From the IMG/VR virus record IMGVR_UViG_3300040801_001158, positions 9,359 through 73,358 of that record: a stretch of DNA of 64,000 bases; one strand, given 5' to 3'. Source of the stretch: a virus. Its lineage: Duplodnaviria; Heunggongvirae; Uroviricota; Caudoviricetes. The stretch's first letter is position 1. Every line of letters begins with the position of its first letter. This document shows, in pieces, positions 47,397 through 58,730 of this stretch. The position numbers and the translations under genes were made by a program. The notes beneath the pieces are model-generated. The model saw only the letters and a program-made list of their open reading frames with translations, made no database searches and was not told where the DNA came from.

Positions 47397-48336
47397 AGGT
47401 AAAATAATTGAGACGTCTGTTTCAACGAATGCAAGAGGTGGAACTGAAATGATGCGTGATCGTTTAATACGAAACGCAGACTCAGAACTGCTTAGTAAAG
47501 TTGCTGTTCATTTTTCTAGGCCAAGGCAATTATACGATGATGTTCCAAATATTTTGTATTGTCACGATTTAGCAGAAGATCCTGAAAATAAAATTTTAGA
47601 AAATGAAGGTTGGTCTAAGTTTGATCATATCGTATTTGTATCAGCATGGCAACGAGATCAGTTTATTGTAAAATATGGCATACCACATTCAAGATGTACT
47701 GTTGTCCATAATGCAATCGAAAAAATCTACGATCCTGTTGAAAAGAAAACTGATAAAATCAAATTTATATATCATACAACTCCACATAGAGGGTTAGAAT
47801 TGTTATATCACGTGTTTGATGCATTATGTAAAAAACATGATAATATTGAGCTTGACGTATATTCTTCATTTGATATTTATGGTTGGCCTGAAAGAGATGA
47901 ACCATATCAGGAATTATTTCGTAAAATAAAAGATCATCCAAATATGAATTACTTTGGTACAGTGAGTAATGAAAAGGTGCTTAAAGCATTAGATGAAGCT
48001 CATATTTTTTTATATCCATGTATATGGAAAGAAACATCTTGTATTGCATTAATCGAAGCAATAAAGAGCCAAGTTCTTTGTATTCATCCTAACTATGGGG
48101 CATTACCTGAGACTTCCGCTGCGGCGTCTGTAATGTACGAATATACTGAAAACATACAAGATCATGTAAATTACGCGTACAGTGTTACAAATGCAATTCT
48201 TAACGTAATGAAAGATAATGAAAAATATTTTAATGGTGTGACACTATCTGACCGATATTCGTTAGTGAAAAATAACATAAGTTCATTTACTTCACTTTGG
48301 AATTCTGTGCTTTTAAACGTAATAGAAAATAAATGA
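47380..48336 (+). CDS. Glycosyltransferase (GT-B fold)
   Basis: GGTE, FVSAWQ, YHTTPHRGL, YPCIWKETSCI...EA. Confidence 0.85.
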   Translation: MSVVYKGKIIETSVSTNARGGTEMMRDRLIRNADSELLSKVAVHFSRPRQLYDDVPNILYCHDLAEDPENKILENEGWSKFDHIVFVSAWQRDQFIVKYGIPHSRCTVVHNAIEKIYDPVEKKTDKIKFIYHTTPHRGLELLYHVFDALCKKHDNIELDVYSSFDIYGWPERDEPYQELFRKIKDHPNMNYFGTVSNEKVLKALDEAHIFLYPCIWKETSCIALIEAIKSQVLCIHPNYGALPETSAAASVMYEYTENIQDHVNYAYSVTNAILNVMKDNEKYFNGVTLSDRYSLVKNNISSFTSLWNSVLLNVIENK

Positions 48337-48410
48337 AAATAGTGGTTGACATTGTAACTTCAATATGATACAATGGCTAATCAATTAAATATAAACAATG
48401 GTAAATAAGC

Positions 48411-49271
48411 ATGGCTATATTAGTAGACTACAATCAGGTAATAATTGCGTCTCTATTTGCAAGTATTGGAAATCATCACAATGTCGACTTAGATGAAAAT
48501 CTCGTTCGCCATATGTTTTTGAATTCCATACGTTCAAATAAGAAAAAGTTTGGTAAAGAATACGGTGAAATTGTCATATGCGTAGACAGTCAAGATGTTT
48601 GGCGTAGAGATGTATATCCTTATTATAAAGCAAATCGTCGTAAAGCAAAAGGCGAATCAGATTTAGATTGGAAAGCACTATTTGAAATTATGGATATGAT
48701 TCGTAAAGAATTAACTGAATACTTTCCCTACAAGGTCGTCAAAGTTGACCGCACAGAAGCTGATGATATCATTGGCGTAGTAATACATCACGTTGGAACA
48801 GTGTTAAATACTGGTTCTGAAAGATATCTTGTATTATCTGCGGATAAAGATTATCAACAATTATTAAAATACGCAAACGTTGACCAATACGACCCAATTC
48901 GTAAACGTTGGTTGAAACACGCAAATCCGGAACTATTCCTCCAAGAACATATTCTTAGAGGAGATGTGGGTGATGGAGTTCCTAATATACTATCTCCCGA
49001 CAATTGCCTTGCAGTTGGAGATCGTCAAAAACCAATGACTGCTAAACGCCTTGAGTTGTATATGCAAGGTGTTGACAAGATGGATGAAGAAACTAAACTA
49101 CGTTACCTAAGAAATAAACGCATGATTGATTTGTCCGAAATTCCGCAAGAATATAAAGATAAAATTCTTATTGAATTTGCGAAGGAAAGCGAAGTAGGTA
49201 AAGAAAAGCTATTTAACTTCTTCGTAGAGAAAAAACTTAAACACTTAATAACAGATTTACAGGATTTTTAA
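48411..49271 (+). CDS. rnh: RNase H / 5'-3' exonuclease
   Basis: LVDYNQ, WRRDVYPYYKANR, EADDII, SADKDY, GDVGDGVPN. Confidence 0.95.
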   Translation: MAILVDYNQVIIASLFASIGNHHNVDLDENLVRHMFLNSIRSNKKKFGKEYGEIVICVDSQDVWRRDVYPYYKANRRKAKGESDLDWKALFEIMDMIRKELTEYFPYKVVKVDRTEADDIIGVVIHHVGTVLNTGSERYLVLSADKDYQQLLKYANVDQYDPIRKRWLKHANPELFLQEHILRGDVGDGVPNILSPDNCLAVGDRQKPMTAKRLELYMQGVDKMDEETKLRYLRNKRMIDLSEIPQEYKDKILIEFAKESEVGKEKLFNFFVEKKLKHLITDLQDF

Positions 49272-49697
49272 ATGAGACTTTCTATTTCAGAGATAATTAA
49301 CAAATTATCGGATATTAAAAACGTTCAAGAGAAAATTGATTGGTTGAAAAAGCACGAATCAATACCACTTAAAACTGTCTTGAGATTAACTTACGATAAA
49401 AATATTGAGTTTTTAATACCAAACACTCCACCGCCTTGGAAGAAAAACGCATACATTGGTGTTGAAGGTATGCTATATAACGAAGCTCGAAGACTACGAA
49501 TTTTTATTAAAGGCGGAGGGTATGACACACTTAACCAAGTAAAAAGAGAAGCTTTGTTTATATCATTATTAGAAGATGTAGATAATGGTGACGCAGAGTT
49601 GTTATGTAAAATGATTACACAAAAACCATTTAAAGGGCTATCTCTTAAAACTTTAGAAAAAGTATTCCCTGATTTATTTGAGATGAAAGTAGGTTAA
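49272..49697 (+). CDS. Conserved T4-like hypothetical protein
   Basis: ISEII....K...LK......L; KRE.LFI.LLE. Confidence 0.7.
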   Translation: MRLSISEIINKLSDIKNVQEKIDWLKKHESIPLKTVLRLTYDKNIEFLIPNTPPPWKKNAYIGVEGMLYNEARRLRIFIKGGGYDTLNQVKREALFISLLEDVDNGDAELLCKMITQKPFKGLSLKTLEKVFPDLFEMKVG

Positions 49698-49700
49698 TAT

Positions 49701-49844
49701 ATGAAAAGTTTCAAAAAGTTTAAAGACGATGATGAATGGGGCGATGATAATGAAGATCGTCTTCGCGAAAAGGAAAAGAAAACAAGATTAAAAACCAAAC
49801 GCAAACGTAAAGAATCTGAAAAGTTTTCTGCATTCGACGACTGA
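49701..49844 (+). CDS. Small charged protein (47 aa)
   Basis: MKSFKKFKDDDEWGDD...KRKRKE. Confidence 0.5.
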   Translation: MKSFKKFKDDDEWGDDNEDRLREKEKKTRLKTKRKRKESEKFSAFDD

Positions 49845-49901
49845 CTTTATCACAAGGGTGTGATATAATATTCTTTTTAAAATTGAATACGGGATTATAT
49901 A

Positions 49902-50492
49902 ATGAAAGATAAAGTTATTTTGGTCGACTGCGATGGCGTATTATTAGATTGGTATTATTCTTTTACCCAATGGATGGAACGGCATGGGTATGGAAAACCA
50001 AAAATGAAAGATGGTAAAATCTATTATGATATCACAACACAATATCAATTAAAGGAAGGTGAAGGCCTTAAACTTATTAGAATATTTAATGAATCCGCAT
50101 GGATAAGAAAATTAACTCCTTTACGAGATTCCATTAAATATGTTAAGAAATTACACCAAGATCATGGATATGTATTTCATGCAATTACTTCGTTGAGTAA
50201 TGATCCATACGTACAAAGCTTGCGTACTAAAAATCTTATTGATTTATTTGGTAGCACCGTATTTGAAAGGTTCACTTATTTAGATACTTGTGGTCCTAAA
50301 GATGAAGCTTTATTGCCGTATAAAGATACTGGCTGTTTTTGGGTTGAGGATAAGTCAAGTAATGCTCAATTAGGTTACGATCTTGGTTTAGATCCAATAT
50401 TAATGAAACATCCGTTTAATTTATATGATGAACCAGTCGACGCTCGTAAGGTTAATAATTGGAAAGAAATTTATGAGATTATCACTGGATAA
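49902..50492 (+). CDS. HAD-family 5'-nucleotidase-like phosphatase
   Basis: LVDCDGVLLDW, ITS, WVEDK. Confidence 0.85.
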   Translation: MKDKVILVDCDGVLLDWYYSFTQWMERHGYGKPKMKDGKIYYDITTQYQLKEGEGLKLIRIFNESAWIRKLTPLRDSIKYVKKLHQDHGYVFHAITSLSNDPYVQSLRTKNLIDLFGSTVFERFTYLDTCGPKDEALLPYKDTGCFWVEDKSSNAQLGYDLGLDPILMKHPFNLYDEPVDARKVNNWKEIYEIITG

Positions 50493-50503
50493 TCTCTTTC
50501 CAT

Positions 50504-50511
50504 TATAAATA
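50504..50511 (+). promoter_or_regulatory. T4-type late promoter
   Basis: TATAAATA. Confidence 0.65.
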
Positions 50512-50548
50512 AGATTATACACAATGATATACTAACTTCGGAACATAT

Positions 50549-50791
50549 ATGCCAACATACAGTTTCAGAAACAAAGAAACGCTCGAAGAATTCGACAAAT
50601 TCCTAAAAATGTCAGAGCGCGAAACCTACCTCGAAGAAAATCCAGAAATTGAACAAATTCATAGAAAAACTGCTTCACTAATTGATCCTATGAATGCTGG
50701 CTTAGGTAAAGCAAGACCTGATGCTGGATTTCGTGATGTCCTTAAAAAAATAAAATCTCACCATAAGATAAACAACATCAACGACTTCTAA
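50549..50791 (+). CDS. FmdB-like small protein
   Basis: MPTYSF.N.ET.E......MSE...YL..NP; PD.GFRDVL.KI. Confidence 0.7.
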   Translation: MPTYSFRNKETLEEFDKFLKMSERETYLEENPEIEQIHRKTASLIDPMNAGLGKARPDAGFRDVLKKIKSHHKINNINDF

Positions 50792-50803
50792 TAAGGGGTA
50801 CTA

Positions 50804-51547
50804 ATGGGAAAACAACGCCGCACTAACTATCGTGATAAACGCAAACAAGCAAGAGATCATAACCCTCATTTAAACACGAGATTCGCTATGGCAGAAATTC
50901 AGCCATTAACTGAACATCAAGAGGATATGTTTGACGCGTATTATGAAGATCGCAATATTGTAGCAGTGGGTTCAGCAGGTACAGGAAAAACAATGTGTGC
51001 AATGTATTTGGGATTAAGTGACGTATTAGCTAATACTGAATATAAACGTATTGTTATTGTTCGTTCCGCAGTACAAACAAGAGATATGGGTTTCACACCT
51101 GGAACCAAACAACAAAAGGAGGCTGAGTTTAGTACACCTTATTCGGCAATCGTCAACGAACTATTCCAGCGTGGAGACGCATGGGAAATATTGTTAAAGA
51201 AAGGACAAATAGTATTCACAACAACATCATTCATTAGGGGGATCACTTTAGATAATGCAATCATAATATCAGATGAATGTCAATCATTAACATTCCATGA
51301 ATTGGATACCGTTATAACTCGAGCAGGAAAGAATACAAAAATTATATTCTGTGGTGATACGAAACAAGATGATTTAAAGTCATCTCGTAATAGAGCCGAT
51401 GTTTCTGGATTGCCAATGTTTTTAAATATATTAGAAAATATGAATTCTTTTGAGTTTGTAGAATTTAACCGCGACGATATTGTAAGATCTGGTTTGGTTA
51501 AAGAATACATAATTGAAAAAGAAAAATATGAGTCGATGGCTGCCTAA
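50804..51547 (+). CDS. phoH: PhoH-family ATPase
   Basis: GSAGTGKT, RDMGF.PG, FIRG.T.DN, DECQ, TRAG, GD..Q.D. Confidence 0.95.
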   Translation: MGKQRRTNYRDKRKQARDHNPHLNTRFAMAEIQPLTEHQEDMFDAYYEDRNIVAVGSAGTGKTMCAMYLGLSDVLANTEYKRIVIVRSAVQTRDMGFTPGTKQQKEAEFSTPYSAIVNELFQRGDAWEILLKKGQIVFTTTSFIRGITLDNAIIISDECQSLTFHELDTVITRAGKNTKIIFCGDTKQDDLKSSRNRADVSGLPMFLNILENMNSFEFVEFNRDDIVRSGLVKEYIIEKEKYESMAA

Positions 51548-51549
51548 CT

Positions 51550-52074
51550 ATGAGTACTATTCGTTATGAAATAGGCAACACTGTAAACTTCACTTCGCCA
51601 GATATCCAACCGGATCTGGCGAATACATTCCCTCATATATTCGGCAACAAAGATTTTGAGTTTTTCGTTACGTTCTTTACTAATATTGGACTTGTCGATT
51701 CTCCAGCGAGCGACGTGTTTGTTCAGTCTGCCCCAAGTTATGTCACTATCGAAGGTGTTAGTCCAAGTACGATTAAGATTTCAAAGGTTGCAAATACTTC
51801 TCTATTTGAAGAAGGATTTGCATTTACAGATCCCGAAACTCAAACACAAGAAACAGTTAACATTACTGAAGTTTTAGATTATAATATAGATAATAACTTG
51901 ATGATTGCTTGGGAAACTCCTCCTGACGAAACCGCAAATTCAAATGCAGTTGAGGTAGGTACATATGAGTTTATAATAAATAACACTAACAATGTTATAT
52001 CGTATACGCAAGATTATTTTTGGTCACCAGATGAAGGTTTTGGTATTTTCGAAGATATCTTAGCAGACATATAA
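51550..52074 (+). CDS. Hypothetical acidic protein
   Basis: Open frame between phoH and PAAR. Confidence 0.6.
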   Translation: MSTIRYEIGNTVNFTSPDIQPDLANTFPHIFGNKDFEFFVTFFTNIGLVDSPASDVFVQSAPSYVTIEGVSPSTIKISKVANTSLFEEGFAFTDPETQTQETVNITEVLDYNIDNNLMIAWETPPDETANSNAVEVGTYEFIINNTNNVISYTQDYFWSPDEGFGIFEDILADI

Positions 52075-52083
52075 GGAAAACAC

Positions 52084-52386
52084 GTGAAAGCTGCAGTTCG
52101 TTTACAAGATAAAGTTTATACAGGACACTTGTGTTCAATTATAGTACCACTAATATCAACACCGCAATCATTAGTGACAATTAATAATATTGATGCAGTA
52201 GTACTAGGTGCTGCATTAGAACCACATTCAATTGACGCAGGATCTACCTGTGTTCCACACGCAGGTATTGTGACTACCGCGTCTACAAAGGTCACAATGG
52301 GTGGTATACCCGCGGCAAGACTAGGTGATGATGCCGATCTTGGCAAAATTATTACAGGTTCGCCGAACGTTTTTATTGGTGGCTAA
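52084..52386 (+). CDS. gp5.4: PAAR spike-tip protein
   Basis: AAVRL.D..TGH, PAARLGD, TGSPNVFIG. Confidence 0.9.
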   Translation: MKAAVRLQDKVYTGHLCSIIVPLISTPQSLVTINNIDAVVLGAALEPHSIDAGSTCVPHAGIVTTASTKVTMGGIPAARLGDDADLGKIITGSPNVFIGG

Positions 52387-52394
52387 GTAAATGA

Positions 52395-53114
52395 GTGAAA
52401 TATATTATGAGGTTACATGAACCAATGAATTTAGATCCAAAACCAACTTTTAAACATCACCCCCACGGTATCGTCTTACCAAAACTAACAAGAGAAAATA
52501 CTCCAAAAGGGAGAATGTATTCAACACCAACTGGTAATGCGTATCCTTCCATCACAACTGTGCTTGGTGTAACTGACGACAAGAAGTGGTTGTTTGAATG
52601 GCAAGCTCGTGTTGGTAAAGCAGAAGCTGCTCGTATTACAGCACAATCAGCAAGACGCGGAACAGCGGTACACAAATTAGCAGAAGATTATTTAGACAAT
52701 GTTGAAGATTGGAAAGGTAAAGCGCAGCCAGCAAATCTGCATATGTTTAAACCTTTACGAAAAATCCTTGACGAAAAAGTAAACAATATATGGTTCCAAG
52801 AAGAATTCTTATACAGTGATAAATTAAGAACAGCTGGCCAAGTCGACTGTATCGGAGAATACAGAGGTGTACTAAGTGTCATTGATTTTAAGACTGCTCG
52901 TCGCCCAAAGACAGTAGAAGATATTCTAAATTATTTCATTCAAGTTACGTTTTACGCTGCAGCCTTTTTTGAAATGACAGGTGTTGCGATTAAGCAAGGA
53001 GCAATATTAATAGCAGTTGAGAATGAAGAACCGCAGGAATTCATCTTTGATATTTACGATTATTTTCCACACTTTCTGGCTGTAAGAAAGAAATTTAAAG
53101 AACTTAAAGAATAA
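52395..53114 (+). CDS. PD-(D/E)xK exonuclease
   Basis: YPSITTVL, RGTAVH, AGQVDCI...IDFKT. Confidence 0.88.
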   Translation: MKYIMRLHEPMNLDPKPTFKHHPHGIVLPKLTRENTPKGRMYSTPTGNAYPSITTVLGVTDDKKWLFEWQARVGKAEAARITAQSARRGTAVHKLAEDYLDNVEDWKGKAQPANLHMFKPLRKILDEKVNNIWFQEEFLYSDKLRTAGQVDCIGEYRGVLSVIDFKTARRPKTVEDILNYFIQVTFYAAAFFEMTGVAIKQGAILIAVENEEPQEFIFDIYDYFPHFLAVRKKFKELKE

Positions 53115-53122
53115 GGTGAATT

Positions 53123-53491
53123 ATGAAATATATTATAGTTGATAAACATCGTGGAGTGTTCTTAGGTAGTTACTCTGTTCCTTTATCTAAAAATGAAAAC
53201 GAATTGGCAAATGAACTCTATGTTGATAAAGGTAAATACAGAATATACATGTTTTATGCTTGTACGAATCCATTTATGACAGCCCATGTCCCAACTTTTA
53301 ATTCCATTACTGAAGTAAACGAATATATTGAAAATTATATGTTCGATGAAAATATGCATAGAGCAGAACCTGCGCCAATTGATGCATCAGAAGAATACGC
53401 AACATTAGTTGAAGTAATCAAAAGCGGTTACGAATCTTATACATATGACATGCTAATGAATCTTAAACCACACAACAACACCGTTCACTAA
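53123..53491 (+). CDS. Hypothetical protein
   Basis: AAGG RBS, open frame. Confidence 0.55.
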   Translation: MKYIIVDKHRGVFLGSYSVPLSKNENELANELYVDKGKYRIYMFYACTNPFMTAHVPTFNSITEVNEYIENYMFDENMHRAEPAPIDASEEYATLVEVIKSGYESYTYDMLMNLKPHNNTVH

Positions 53492-53553
53492 TCCCTATAT
53501 TCCTTTTAGTTATACCATACTTTTTTTGATTCTAACTGAAGGGAACATTACTA

Positions 53554-53582
53554 TATACATTTCCTTATGAATAGATTATAAT
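53554..53582 (+). promoter_or_regulatory. Early promoter, variant -35 (TATACA)
   Basis: TATACA-17-TATAAT; near-identical copy at 59976-60004. TTGACA copies at 53886, 54526, 55680, 56756, 60647 and 61860. Confidence 0.75.
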
Positions 53583-53612
53583 TGTATCATAAATTAAAAA
53601 AGGAAATAAATT

Positions 53613-53882
53613 ATGAATAGCACTGATATTGCCAAATCCATCCTCGCTCGCTCTGTTGTCTTAAATGATGGAATTGTAGATGATGAGTTTGAATATTGTG
53701 GCTGCTTTCGTTTTCTTACTGACGACTTCTGTATCTCCGTAAATACAATAGACAATATCAATGCCGAGGTTTCTGTTCATTGTTTTGAAAGTGACCACGA
53801 AGTATATCTTTCTTTAAATGGCACGTCACCTACGGATGCTGTTGAAAACGGAATAAAATTCATTTCACAAAACTTAAAATAA
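53613..53882 (+). CDS. Hypothetical early protein
   Basis: Promoter cassette plus RBS. Confidence 0.6.
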   Translation: MNSTDIAKSILARSVVLNDGIVDDEFEYCGCFRFLTDDFCISVNTIDNINAEVSVHCFESDHEVYLSLNGTSPTDAVENGIKFISQNLK

Positions 53883-53945
53883 TTGTTGACATTTCATTAT
53901 GAATAGATTATAATATATCTATAAATTGAAATAAGGAATACAAAT

Positions 53946-54308
53946 ATGAAATACGAAGTTCATCAGTTAGATATACCAAGTTGGGTATATGACGAAGTTA
54001 ATGCCATTGGCCATGAGGCTACATGTAACAAATATCCAATATGGAAATACAAATTAGATTCATCATTTCGCGATTTCGCAGAAGATGGTCTTACTGTTGA
54101 CGAGGCATGCTTTTATAAAAAAGTTTGTGAAATTGATGCCAATTCTTTAGATGATGTTTTCCATATTGGGAATATGGGGCCAGAAGAAAAAATAAAAAGA
54201 CTTAACAAGATGCATTCAGTAAGTGTTGGCGATATCATTGTGAACAAAGAAACAAAAGAATCCCATATTGTCGCCGGGTTTGGTTTTACAAAAATAACAT
54301 TTGTTTAA
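53946..54308 (+). CDS. YodL-like domain protein
   Basis: YEVHQL...LDDVF..GN...MHSVSVGDIIV. Confidence 0.6.
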   Translation: MKYEVHQLDIPSWVYDEVNAIGHEATCNKYPIWKYKLDSSFRDFAEDGLTVDEACFYKKVCEIDANSLDDVFHIGNMGPEEKIKRLNKMHSVSVGDIIVNKETKESHIVAGFGFTKITFV

Positions 54309-54606
54309 AATGAGGAATTAAAATGAATATACAGTTAATGAGAGAAATTGTTAAAGACACCGATTTCTTAGAAGATGTTTTGCGCGATGAATCTAAGATT
54401 CCATTCAATGCTCATGAAGAATATGTTACTGCTGAAAACTTAATTGAATTCGCTAAAGAAAATGCTTGGGTATTAGAAATGGTAATTGAAATCGTAAAGA
54501 AATATGAAAAATTGCAAAATAACTATTGACATTATCTTCTGACTAGATTATAATAGATACATAAATTGATAAAAACTTTTAATTAAACTTGATAGGAAAC
54601 TATATT

Positions 54607-54882
54607 ATGAAAATCTCAAAAACTGTTTTAAACGCCATTGCTAAAATGAATAAAGAAGAGTTACATGCTTTAAATTGCATCGTCGTTGATGCAATCAATA
54701 CACAGGCTCGTGCAACTCGCATGGCAGCTAAATCTCAATTCTCAGTTGGTGATAAGGTTTCGTTTAACGGAAAGCGTGGTTATGTTGAAGGCAAAATTGA
54801 AAAAATCAATAAAGTTAATATTGTTCTTCGCGCAGGTCATACTCGTTGGACCGTTTCTCCTAACCTTTTAAATAAGGTTTAA
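54607..54882 (+). CDS. SH3-like small early protein
   Basis: FSVGDKVSF.GKRG..EG.I.KIN. Confidence 0.6.
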   Translation: MKISKTVLNAIAKMNKEELHALNCIVVDAINTQARATRMAAKSQFSVGDKVSFNGKRGYVEGKIEKINKVNIVLRAGHTRWTVSPNLLNKV

Positions 54883-55749
54883 TTTTCAGCTTTACAAAGG
54901 AAAAATAATGCTATTTAATTTCATGATGATTATATTTAATATTTTGGCACTTTTTCGATTATCTTATATAGGCGATCTGGGCGAAACTACGCATTGGGTT
55001 GTATTACATTCATTTGCGCTTGGTTTTCATTTTACATATTGGCTAGAAGAAGTGAAATCCAAAAATGAATAATGAAATCTGCCGAATCGTAAAATACGAA
55101 GCAGTAAGTGGTACATTCTATCACGCTGAAAGACACGTGCTCAAAAAGAGATGGTTTCGCCAAAATGAATGGGTCTGGGAAAAATTTTATATGCATAAAA
55201 ATAGTTTTGGATATATTTATTTTAAAAAAATGCTCGATTATGAATACACGTTTATTACATATAAAGATCATAGACTTGCTGAGTTTTATTGTGAGCAATG
55301 GGCAAGAGCAAGTCAAGCTGATGAAGTGATTAAAGTTTGGAGTATTAACGATGGCAGCAATTAAAAGATACTATTCACCGGGTGATAGAATAGAATTCTC
55401 ATTTGGTGAATGGTCAGATTTTGACCAGACTGCAATGTATAAAATACTTGAACCGTTTGATCTCGTCAAGAGTATTGAAAAATATAAAGGGGAAGTCCGT
55501 ACGCAAAGAAATTTCAATGGTACTGAAGAATATTTTCATACTCGTGATTGTGCGAGGTGGCTAACAAATAATCTACCATTAAGAAAAATAACGGTTAATC
55601 ATGTGTATCTCGGTTCTTATGAATTAAAAACCGAAGAATTGGAATTTGGTGATGAGTAAAAAATATTTTAAAATAACTATTGACATCATCTTCTTATTAG
55701 ATTATAATAGCTACTCAATCAAATTAATACAAACTAAAGGAAATATATT

Positions 55750-56706
55750 ATGTCTCATGAATTAGAAATGGTTAAAGGTCAAGCCCAAATGGCTTATCGC
55801 GAATCTGCAGGTCTACCTTGGCACGGCCTTGGCACTCCAGTCTCTGACGATATGACACCACGTGAAATGATGGTTGCGGCAGGTCTTGATTGGCGTGTAG
55901 AAAAACACGATAACTTCATCAATTTAAATGGTGAAATTATCAAAACTGGTCAACAATCCTTAGTCCGAGAAACTGATGGTAGAATCCTAACCAACGTTGG
56001 TAAAGATTGGAATCCTGTTCAAAACGAAGAAGCATTTGAATTCTTTAATGAATTCGTTTCCGCAGGAGATATGGTCATGGATACAGCTGGTTCGATTAAA
56101 GACGGTGAAATGATCTGGGCTGCTGCTGATATAAAAGACGGTTTCTCATTATTTGGCGGTGACGAAGTGAAAGGTTATTTAATGTTTTCAAATCCGCATC
56201 GTTATGGCAAGTCAATTGATGTTAAATTCATTATGACTCGTGTTGTCTGTAACAACACACTATCAATTGCGTTAGCTGAAAAGAATCAACCTGCTGTTCG
56301 TATGTCTCACCGTAGCGAATTTGATCCAAGCAAAGTTAAACAACTACTTGGCCTTTCACAACAAACAGTACAAGCTTTTAAAGAACGTGCTGAATTCCTA
56401 GGTAGCAAAACTGTTAATCCTAATGATTTTAAAGCGTTCCTTGGTAAAGTATTTGGTGTAACTGCTAAAGACAAAGATGTATTATCTCGCACTGCTCAAC
56501 GTGCAATGGATATCGTTGAAACTCAACCAGGTGCTGAATTCCAACGCGGTTCATGGTGGCAAGCATACAACGCAGTCACCTTTATGACTGACCACGAGTT
56601 GGGTCGTACTGATGATGCTCGAGCTGAATCTGCTTGGTTCGGTTACAATGCAAAACGCAAATTAGATGCTCTTGATACTGCAATCAAATTTGCCGAAGCT
56701 GCATAA
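55750..56706 (+). CDS. DUF932-family protein
   Basis: PWHGLG, AGLDW.V, PVQNEEAF.FF, RVVCNNTL, W.AYNAVT. Confidence 0.88.
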   Translation: MSHELEMVKGQAQMAYRESAGLPWHGLGTPVSDDMTPREMMVAAGLDWRVEKHDNFINLNGEIIKTGQQSLVRETDGRILTNVGKDWNPVQNEEAFEFFNEFVSAGDMVMDTAGSIKDGEMIWAAADIKDGFSLFGGDEVKGYLMFSNPHRYGKSIDVKFIMTRVVCNNTLSIALAEKNQPAVRMSHRSEFDPSKVKQLLGLSQQTVQAFKERAEFLGSKTVNPNDFKAFLGKVFGVTAKDKDVLSRTAQRAMDIVETQPGAEFQRGSWWQAYNAVTFMTDHELGRTDDARAESAWFGYNAKRKLDALDTAIKFAEAA

Positions 56707-56713
56707 TCTAACT

Positions 56714-56735
56714 GGGGAGAAATTCTCCCCTTTTT
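56714..56735 (+). terminator. Rho-independent terminator
   Basis: GGGGAGA-AAT-TCTCCCC-TTTTT. Confidence 0.8.
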
Positions 56736-57298
56736 CAAACTTTTTCATTTACCTATTGACATATTCTTCTTAACATGATATAATAGCTACATAAATTGAG
56801 ATAAGGAATTAAATTATGAATATTCGTGAAATGAAAAAAGATCTGCAAAATATAGAAGTCATCAAACATGCTTGCCGCGGTGTTCGTTGGGCAAAGAAAT
56901 TTGCTAAAGTAAATAAAGTTGTTCATGTCACAGCAACTATCCGCGAAAATGATGATATTGTTCTAAAGGCAATGGTTGATGTTGCATATGAAAATGGTAA
57001 AAAAACTATCATTGAAATGATCAAATTCAATAATGAAGATTGGTTGCAAGCTTACTAATTAGGAAACTTATGATACAGATTGACCCATACATAGTCGTTG
57101 ATAACTTAATTAATCAATATGACTTGAACCCTAAAGATGATAAAAAGACGATATTTAATAAGACACGAGAATATCTTTATGACTATTTTAGGAGTGTTGA
57201 GCAAGAAAACTGTATCGAAGCTATGGATTGTGCAAACACAATCGCGTGCGATACCCAAAATTTAAAACAAATTTTTAATGAAATAAAGGAGAGACAAC

Positions 57299-57571
57299 AT
57301 GTCTGATATGCAAAGCGTATTAAGAGAATCTATAATTGAACATCTATCTAAAGGTGAAGTTGAACTACAATTTACAAAAGCAGATGGTTCAATTCGTAAA
57401 ATGTTAGCTACTCGTTCAAACGAACTAATCCCAATAGTTCATCAGCCAAAAGATAGTAAATCAACAAACACCGAAAATCTCGATATAGTAAAATGTTTCG
57501 ATTTAGAAAATGACGGATGGCGTTCATTTAGAGTAGATTCATTAATTAGTTATAGTGTTAACGGAGAATAA
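57299..57571 (+). CDS. WYL-like/SH3-fold protein
   Basis: FTKADGSIRKM.AT; FDLENDGWRSFR. Confidence 0.75.
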   Translation: MSDMQSVLRESIIEHLSKGEVELQFTKADGSIRKMLATRSNELIPIVHQPKDSKSTNTENLDIVKCFDLENDGWRSFRVDSLISYSVNGE

Positions 57572-57780
57572 TATTAAAACTGTTGAAATATTACAAGAAG
57601 TCACTAATTGGGAGAATTGCCCATGGATGAATAAATGTAATGGTATATATTGGGTCGAGAAAAAGACTGGTTGGTTAATAGCGCATCAACCAATAGGAAA
57701 GGAAAAGAATTTATTTAAGACACCAATGAAAAAATTTAGCAAATCTCGACGTAAATTTAAAAAAATAGGAGAAGAAATAT

Positions 57781-58071
57781 ATGAATAAGATAGTAACGGT
57801 AATGACACCAACTGGCGAGTATGTAGGCGTGTTAGTTTCAAATAGCGAGACAGGTGTCACTCTTAAAGATCCAAGAATGGTCGTAATGAACGAACAAGGT
57901 GGGATGGGGTTTGCGAATGGTATTGCAATGACAGGAGCAGAGAAACCGCAAAAGGCAGAATTCTCAAATTTTATTTTCGTTACGCCGACAATGCCTGAAG
58001 TCGCAGATGCTTATCGCGAATTCACTGGACAGATAATGGTTCCAAACAATGGCGGAATCATAGGAGCGTAA
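57781..58071 (+). CDS. Sm-like fold protein
   Basis: IVTV....GEYVG....L.DPR.V. Confidence 0.55.
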   Translation: MNKIVTVMTPTGEYVGVLVSNSETGVTLKDPRMVVMNEQGGMGFANGIAMTGAEKPQKAEFSNFIFVTPTMPEVADAYREFTGQIMVPNNGGIIGA

Positions 58072-58072
58072 A

Positions 58073-58306
58073 GTGAGTAAAAGAAAGGCTTTTAAAGAAG
58101 CAGTTGTAGATACGAGTATTGGTCTTGTGATTAACGCTCCGTTAAATTTCTTCTTCATCTCTATAGCCTTTCATTTTGAATTAACTGCGCTTGTTACGAG
58201 TATACTGCTAACAATACTTTTTACTATTTTCGCTCTTGTTCGTAAAACTGCAGTACGATTATATTTTAGTAGGCCCCATAAAGAGGAAGTGAAAAATGAA
58301 AGTTGA
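58073..58306 (+). CDS. Small membrane protein
   Basis: EAVVDT.IG..IN, two TMs, VR...VR.YF. Confidence 0.6.
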   Translation: MSKRKAFKEAVVDTSIGLVINAPLNFFFISIAFHFELTALVTSILLTILFTIFALVRKTAVRLYFSRPHKEEVKNES

Positions 58307-58730
58307 ACTAAACGAATGTACGATGAATGATATTGTAGGTCAAAGCTTACGTGATACACTGTCTTACTTAAGAGAATCAGTTACTCGTAGAGCTGAAGGT
58401 AAAGGTATTCCTTATTATGACGACGATCCTATAAAGGACATTCAATGTATTGAAGAAAAAATTGAAGCCGTTGAATCTGTACTGGAGTTATACGGATTGG
58501 AGTTTGAATATGGTAAAAAGAAAAGTTAACGAAGATTCGGCAGCCCTTCTACAAAAGCAGATGGCTCAATTGAAAAGGGAAAAGTCAGAATTGTGGCTCG
58601 AAAACGAAGATCTGAAAAAAACGATAAATACATACCGAGACATAGTTGTAGCACTTATCGATGAGCCAAGTTTTTGGTCTGAAAAAGCTATTAAAACTGG
58701 CCTCATCTCTAGGCTAAAAAAATTGATAAA